A stretch of 64,000 nucleotides of DNA from Leucoraja ocellata. Lineage: Eukaryota. Position numbers and translations under genes: made by a program. The first letter of the stretch is position 1; every line of letters begins with the position of its first letter. Shown piece by piece: positions 63,131 to 64,000 of the stretch. The stretch covers positions 5,146,001-5,210,000 of the forward strand of contig JAWMAR010000023.1 in NCBI GenBank assembly GCA_036785375.1, given 5' to 3'. The notes under the pieces are model-generated. The model saw only the letters and a list, made by a program, of their open reading frames with translations, made no database searches and was not told the origin of the DNA.

Positions 63131-64000
63131 TGTACAACTTGGATTGCAAAGAGCTTTGGGACCTCCTGAAGTTCAGAAAGGAAGATTTGTAGTTATTTAG
63201 GTACTATGATGACGTCAGGACATCTCAAGAGGCATTACAGGCAGCGAGGCCCTTTGATCTTCAATCGCTCGTAGTCAGAAGCACTTTATCAATACAAAAA
63301 TACTGCTGCAGATTTTTTTTCTTTTTTCTTAAACAGCAGAGTCTCATTCAGGCTACAGGACAATTGATGTGTGAAATGGAAAATATTGCCAAGGTGCTCT
63401 AGAGGACACTTTGTCATGCTGGAGTTGAGGCACGCAATCTTTAATCAGCATCTGACCTGTGCTTTACTGGGCAGCCTGATGGTGATGCCTGGTCCCTGGG
63501 CACTTGGAAATGCTTTCCTCTCCACTCCAAATCATTTCTGCACCTTGTTGACCATGGCATTTCCTCGAATAAAGTAATGCTTCATACATTTTCTTAAACT
63601 GAAGTGCTTGGTCTGATCTGCGAGTTTTGTCGAAACAATTTATTTTCGGCAATGTGAAAAGAAAGATATCGTTTATCCAATTTCCAATTCACAGTGTTGT
63701 CCCGACCTCTTGCCTCATCGGCTTCAACATGCCATTAAACAAATGTTGTTCATCGGCCTTATTGTGCTGTGTTTTCAATGTGTAGAAAGTTAATTGCTGT
63801 CTTATTTTACAGCAGTAAAAACAAATGAAATTGGCAATCAGCAGAATCAACCTGGCAAGTTAAGTCCTGGGTTTATTAATAAGATTGTCTCTGTGAAGTG
63901 TTGAGATATTTGGGAACTGTGGTAAATCACCAATGTGATACGTTCCTGGGCTAGCAAATGACTTATGGTAATATTTTTTTCCCAGCGGGATTTCATATAA

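Noticed and set aside
1-64000. Six-frame ORFs as host genes
   Set aside because: All are under 200 aa; the protein-like ones are decayed CR1, Rex1 or Penelope fragments and the rest look like chance ORFs in non-coding DNA

Overview
Non-coding, repeat-rich vertebrate genomic DNA (large intron or intergenic region). The repeat set (HE1-type V-SINEs with CR1/HER1 tails, DeuSINE/SacSINE-like relics, CR1 and Rex1/Babar LINE fragments, Penelope-like fragments) points to a cartilaginous fish, probably a skate or ray (inference). I recognise no host protein-coding exon, rRNA, true tRNA or CRISPR array; the protein-like ORFs are decayed retroelement pieces. The most striking signal is about 20 short (60-230 bp) insertions derived from the Penelope-like element (PLE) terminus that carry a minimal type I hammerhead ribozyme core (CTGAAGA-A-GGGT-ctcg-ACCC-GAAA-CG-TC). 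Many have their own 8-21 bp target-site duplications (TSDs). At least nine are inverted or fold-back forms that pivot in or beside the ribozyme, and one is a 65+1+65 bp palindrome centred on the predicted cleavage nucleotide. Also present: a modular family of Harbinger-like MITEs, a hAT MITE with a perfect 8-bp TSD, a deleted IR/DR Tc1 element, a 195-bp solo LTR, several nested insertions, a unique 97-nt hairpin, and repeat-poor blocks that may be conserved non-coding elements. Coordinates of decayed repeats were read by eye and are approximate.
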